From Alphaproteobacteria bacterium (GTDB taxonomy: Bacteria; Pseudomonadota; Alphaproteobacteria; Rhizobiales; Beijerinckiaceae), in NCBI GenBank assembly GCA_029979185.1, contig JAPOIA010000003.1, positions 1-44,146 of the forward strand: DNA of 44,146 nucleotides, written 5' to 3'. The translations under genes and the position numbers were made by a program. The notes under the pieces are model-generated. The model had not been told where the DNA came from, did not search any database, and was given only the letters and a program-made list of their open reading frames with translations. Below, piece by piece: positions 41,347-44,146 of the stretch. Each line of letters starts with the position of its first letter. The stretch's first letter is position 1.

Positions 41347-42891
41347 GTGTTCAAAACCTTCGGACATATTGTCAGGCTCGCGCGCGCCGGCTGGGTACTC
41401 GCAAGGGAGGGCGTGTTTGCGGGCGTCGATCCTGCGGCGTTGCCGCCTGTGGCGAAACTGCCGCTGGCCCTGGCCAATCTCATCGCCCGCAAGCACAGGG
41501 GTGGGGAGCAACCGGATATCTCGCGCGCCATCGGCAAGCTGGGACCCTCCTATGTGAAACTGGGTCAATTTCTCGCCACAAGACCAGATGTCGTCGGCGT
41601 GGCGGCGGCGCGCGGGCTGGAGAGTCTGCAGGATCGGATGCAGCCATTCGATCGCGGACTTGCGGTCAAAACCGTCGAGGCGGCTTTCGGCAAAAAGATC
41701 GATGAACTGTTTATCGGATTCGGACCGCCTATTGCTGCGGCGTCCATCGCTCAGGTTCACAAGGCCCGCGTTTCCACGCCGGATGGTGAGCGGCAAGTTG
41801 CGGTCAAGGTATTGCGTCCCGGCATAGAAAGACGATTCTGGCGCGATATCCGGGACATGTATTTCGCCGCCCGCTTTGCAGAGTCCCGGTCTGCCGAAGC
41901 GCGACGTCTGCATCTGGTGGAGGTCGTCAAAACGCTCGAGCGCTCGGTAACGATGGAGATGGATTTTCGTCTGGAGGCTGCAGCCGCATCGGAATTTGCC
42001 GAGAATGTTGCCGATGATCCGGACTTCCGGATCCCGGACGTGGATTGGGACCGGACCGCACGCGAAGTCCTCACCACCAGCTGGATCGACGGAATACCGC
42101 TCTCGGACGTGAAAGCCATCCGGGCAGCCGGTCACAATCTTGAAGAACTGGGCGCCAATATCATTCAATCCTTCCTGCGGCACGCCTTGCGGGACGGGCT
42201 GTTTCATGCCGACATGCACCAGGGCAACCTGTTCGTGGACAAGGACGGCATACTGGTCGCAGTGGATTTCGGTATCATGGGCCGACTCGGCCTTCGCGAG
42301 AGGCGGTTTCTGGCCGAAATTCTGTACGGCTTCATAACGCGCAATTACCGGCGGGTCGCGGAAGTGCATTTCGAGGCCGGATATGTACCCCGCATCCACC
42401 AGATCGATGATTTCGCCCAGGCAGTTCGGGCCATTGGCGAGCCGATCCATTCGCGAACCGCCGACCAGATTTCAATGGCGAGCCTGCTGACGCTGTTATT
42501 TGAGATAACCGCGCTTTTCGACATGGAAACGCGTACCGAACTGGTGATGCTGCAAAAAACCATGGTTGTTGTCGAAGGGGTTGGCCGTTCGCTTGATCCG
42601 AAGCTGAATGTCTGGGCGGCATCCGAGCCGGTCGTCGGCGACTGGATCCGCGACAAGCTTGGTCCACGGGGTATAGTTGAGGATACGGGACGGGGACTGG
42701 CGGTCATCGGTAATCTTGCACGGCAAATGCCGGACCTGCTTGAGCGGGCGCAATTGATCGCCGATGATTTCCAGGCGCAGGTGCGCAGACCGGCGCCAGC
42801 CGCGCCGCCGGTCGCCGGTGCCTCGCGCTGGACGACAGCGGCGCTCTGGATCATCGCGGGATTGCTGGCGATCCTCGTGTTTGGACGATAG
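41347..42891 (+). CDS. ubiB: Ubiquinone biosynthesis kinase-like protein UbiB
   Basis: GPSYVKLGQ, AAASIAQVH, VAVKV, FHADMHQGN and DFGIMG. Confidence 0.96.
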   Translation: MFKTFGHIVRLARAGWVLAREGVFAGVDPAALPPVAKLPLALANLIARKHRGGEQPDISRAIGKLGPSYVKLGQFLATRPDVVGVAAARGLESLQDRMQPFDRGLAVKTVEAAFGKKIDELFIGFGPPIAAASIAQVHKARVSTPDGERQVAVKVLRPGIERRFWRDIRDMYFAARFAESRSAEARRLHLVEVVKTLERSVTMEMDFRLEAAAASEFAENVADDPDFRIPDVDWDRTAREVLTTSWIDGIPLSDVKAIRAAGHNLEELGANIIQSFLRHALRDGLFHADMHQGNLFVDKDGILVAVDFGIMGRLGLRERRFLAEILYGFITRNYRRVAEVHFEAGYVPRIHQIDDFAQAVRAIGEPIHSRTADQISMASLLTLLFEITALFDMETRTELVMLQKTMVVVEGVGRSLDPKLNVWAASEPVVGDWIRDKLGPRGIVEDTGRGLAVIGNLARQMPDLLERAQLIADDFQAQVRRPAPAAPPVAGASRWTTAALWIIAGLLAILVFGR

Positions 42892-42932
42892 CTGGAGGGA
42901 TGCGGCACATCCGCCGAAGTCTGGAATCAGAA

Positions 42933-44146
42933 ATGGCAAGCAAACCAGAAAAGCCAAAAACCAGAATTCATGCCGGCAAGACAGTGTTGCTGGTGATCAG
43001 TGGCGGCATCGCTGCATACAAGGCGCTTGAACTGATTCGCCTTTTGCGGCGATCGGGCATTGCCGTCACCGGCGTTCTCACCGGGGCTGCGCAACAATTC
43101 GTTAAGCCGCTGTCGGTAGCAGGCCTGTCCGGCTCGAAAGTTTACGCGGACCTCTTTTCCCTGACCGATGAAGCGGAGATGGGACATATCGAACTGTCCC
43201 GCAGCGCCTACCTTGTAGCAGTTGTTCCGGCCAGCGCCGATCTGCTGGCGAAGATGGCTCATGGTCTGGCTGACGATCTCGCTTCCACGTTACTGTTGGC
43301 TACCGACAAGAAAATTCTCGCTGCCCCGGCCATGAACCTGCGCATGTGGCTGCACCCCGCAACCCGGCGTAATGTGCAGCAGCTTGAGAAGGATGGCGTG
43401 CATATCATCGGCCCGGACAACGGCGAGATGGCCTGCGGCGAATTCGGCCCCGGTCGCATGGCCGAACCGGCGCAGATCCACGCGAGAATTCTGTCATTGC
43501 TGGAGACCGAAACACAGATTCCACTGCCAGATGGGTTGACCGGATCGGAACCCCGACCCTTGGCGGGTACCCATGTTCTCATCACGTCCGGTCCTACCCA
43601 TGAGCCGATCGATCCGGTTCGCTACATTGCGAACCGCTCCTCCGGCAGGCAGGGCCATGCCATCGCCGCGGCGGCGGCGAAGGCCGGAGCCCGCGTCACG
43701 CTCGTTTCAGGACCGGTATCGATACCCTATCCAAAGGGCGTTGAAGTGGTCGAGACAGAAACGGCCCGGGACATGTTGAGCGCAGTCGAAGCGGCGCTGC
43801 CGGCGGATATATTCGTCGCGGCGGCCGCGGTCGCAGATTGGCGGGTCGCTGATACGCAAAACGGCAAGATCAAGAAGGCGGCAGGGACTGTACCCGCGCT
43901 GGATCTCGTCGAGAATCCGGATATCCTGCATATCATTGCCAACCGTAAATCGAAGCGCCCGGAGACTGTGGTGGGCTTCGCTGCGGAAACATCCGACTTG
44001 CTCAAGAACGCGAAAACAAAGCTGCAACGCAAGGGATGCGATCTGATCGTCGCCAATGACGTCAGCCCGCAGGCCGGCGTCATGGGCGGGGCAAAGAACA
44101 CCGTGCATCTGGTTTCGAAAAAGGGCGTGGAATCCTGGCCCACCCT
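42933..44146 (+). CDS. coaBC: Bifunctional phosphopantothenoylcysteine decarboxylase/ligase CoaBC (3' end lies beyond the window)
   Basis: Absent from the ORF track because no stop occurs in the window. Manual translation from ATG 42933 gives GGIAAYK, MGHIELSR, PAMN, ACGEFGPGRM, GPTHEPIDPVRYIANRSSG, AAAVADW, GFAAET and ANDV. Confidence 0.96.
   Translation, partial: MASKPEKPKTRIHAGKTVLLVISGGIAAYKALELIRLLRRSGIAVTGVLTGAAQQFVKPLSVAGLSGSKVYADLFSLTDEAEMGHIELSRSAYLVAVVPASADLLAKMAHGLADDLASTLLLATDKKILAAPAMNLRMWLHPATRRNVQQLEKDGVHIIGPDNGEMACGEFGPGRMAEPAQIHARILSLLETETQIPLPDGLTGSEPRPLAGTHVLITSGPTHEPIDPVRYIANRSSGRQGHAIAAAAAKAGARVTLVSGPVSIPYPKGVEVVETETARDMLSAVEAALPADIFVAAAAVADWRVADTQNGKIKKAAGTVPALDLVENPDILHIIANRKSKRPETVVGFAAETSDLLKNAKTKLQRKGCDLIVANDVSPQAGVMGGAKNTVHLVSKKGVESWPT

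Overview
A GC-rich chromosomal window from an alphaproteobacterium, most likely Hyphomicrobiales (inferred from an Irr/ICE box before mbfA, the mutM-ubiE-ubiB-coaBC block and a Bru-RS/RIME-like repeat). It is mostly housekeeping: PBP1A-type enzyme, dnaN, recF, gyrB, moeB, argG, typA, mutM, ubiE, ubiB and partial coaBC. Between these lie accessory modules: a TctA(B) transporter, NUDIX-GNAT-hypothetical, mbfA, a Cro-like-HTH/methyltransferase-fold gene with a metF-like gene, the rtcB2-prfH ribosome repair operon, a short MetE-like gene carrying a nonsense codon with a CoA transferase and enoyl-CoA hydratase, bioMNY with an acyl-CoA ligase and thiolase, and an orphan TAXI protein. No rRNA, tRNA, CRISPR array, transposase or integrase was seen. 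The best leads are (1) an unannotated 13-codon leader ORF whose UGA sits in a structured RNA upstream of rtcB2-prfH, a possible sensor of damaged ribosomes; (2) an HTH plus SAM-fold protein with a perfect 11-bp operator-like palindrome upstream, apparently co-transcribed with metF; (3) apparent lesions in rtcB2 and the MetE-like gene; (4) a structured leader and TGPP-ending ORF upstream of tctA. All calls come from reading the sequence; no searches or folding programs were run.
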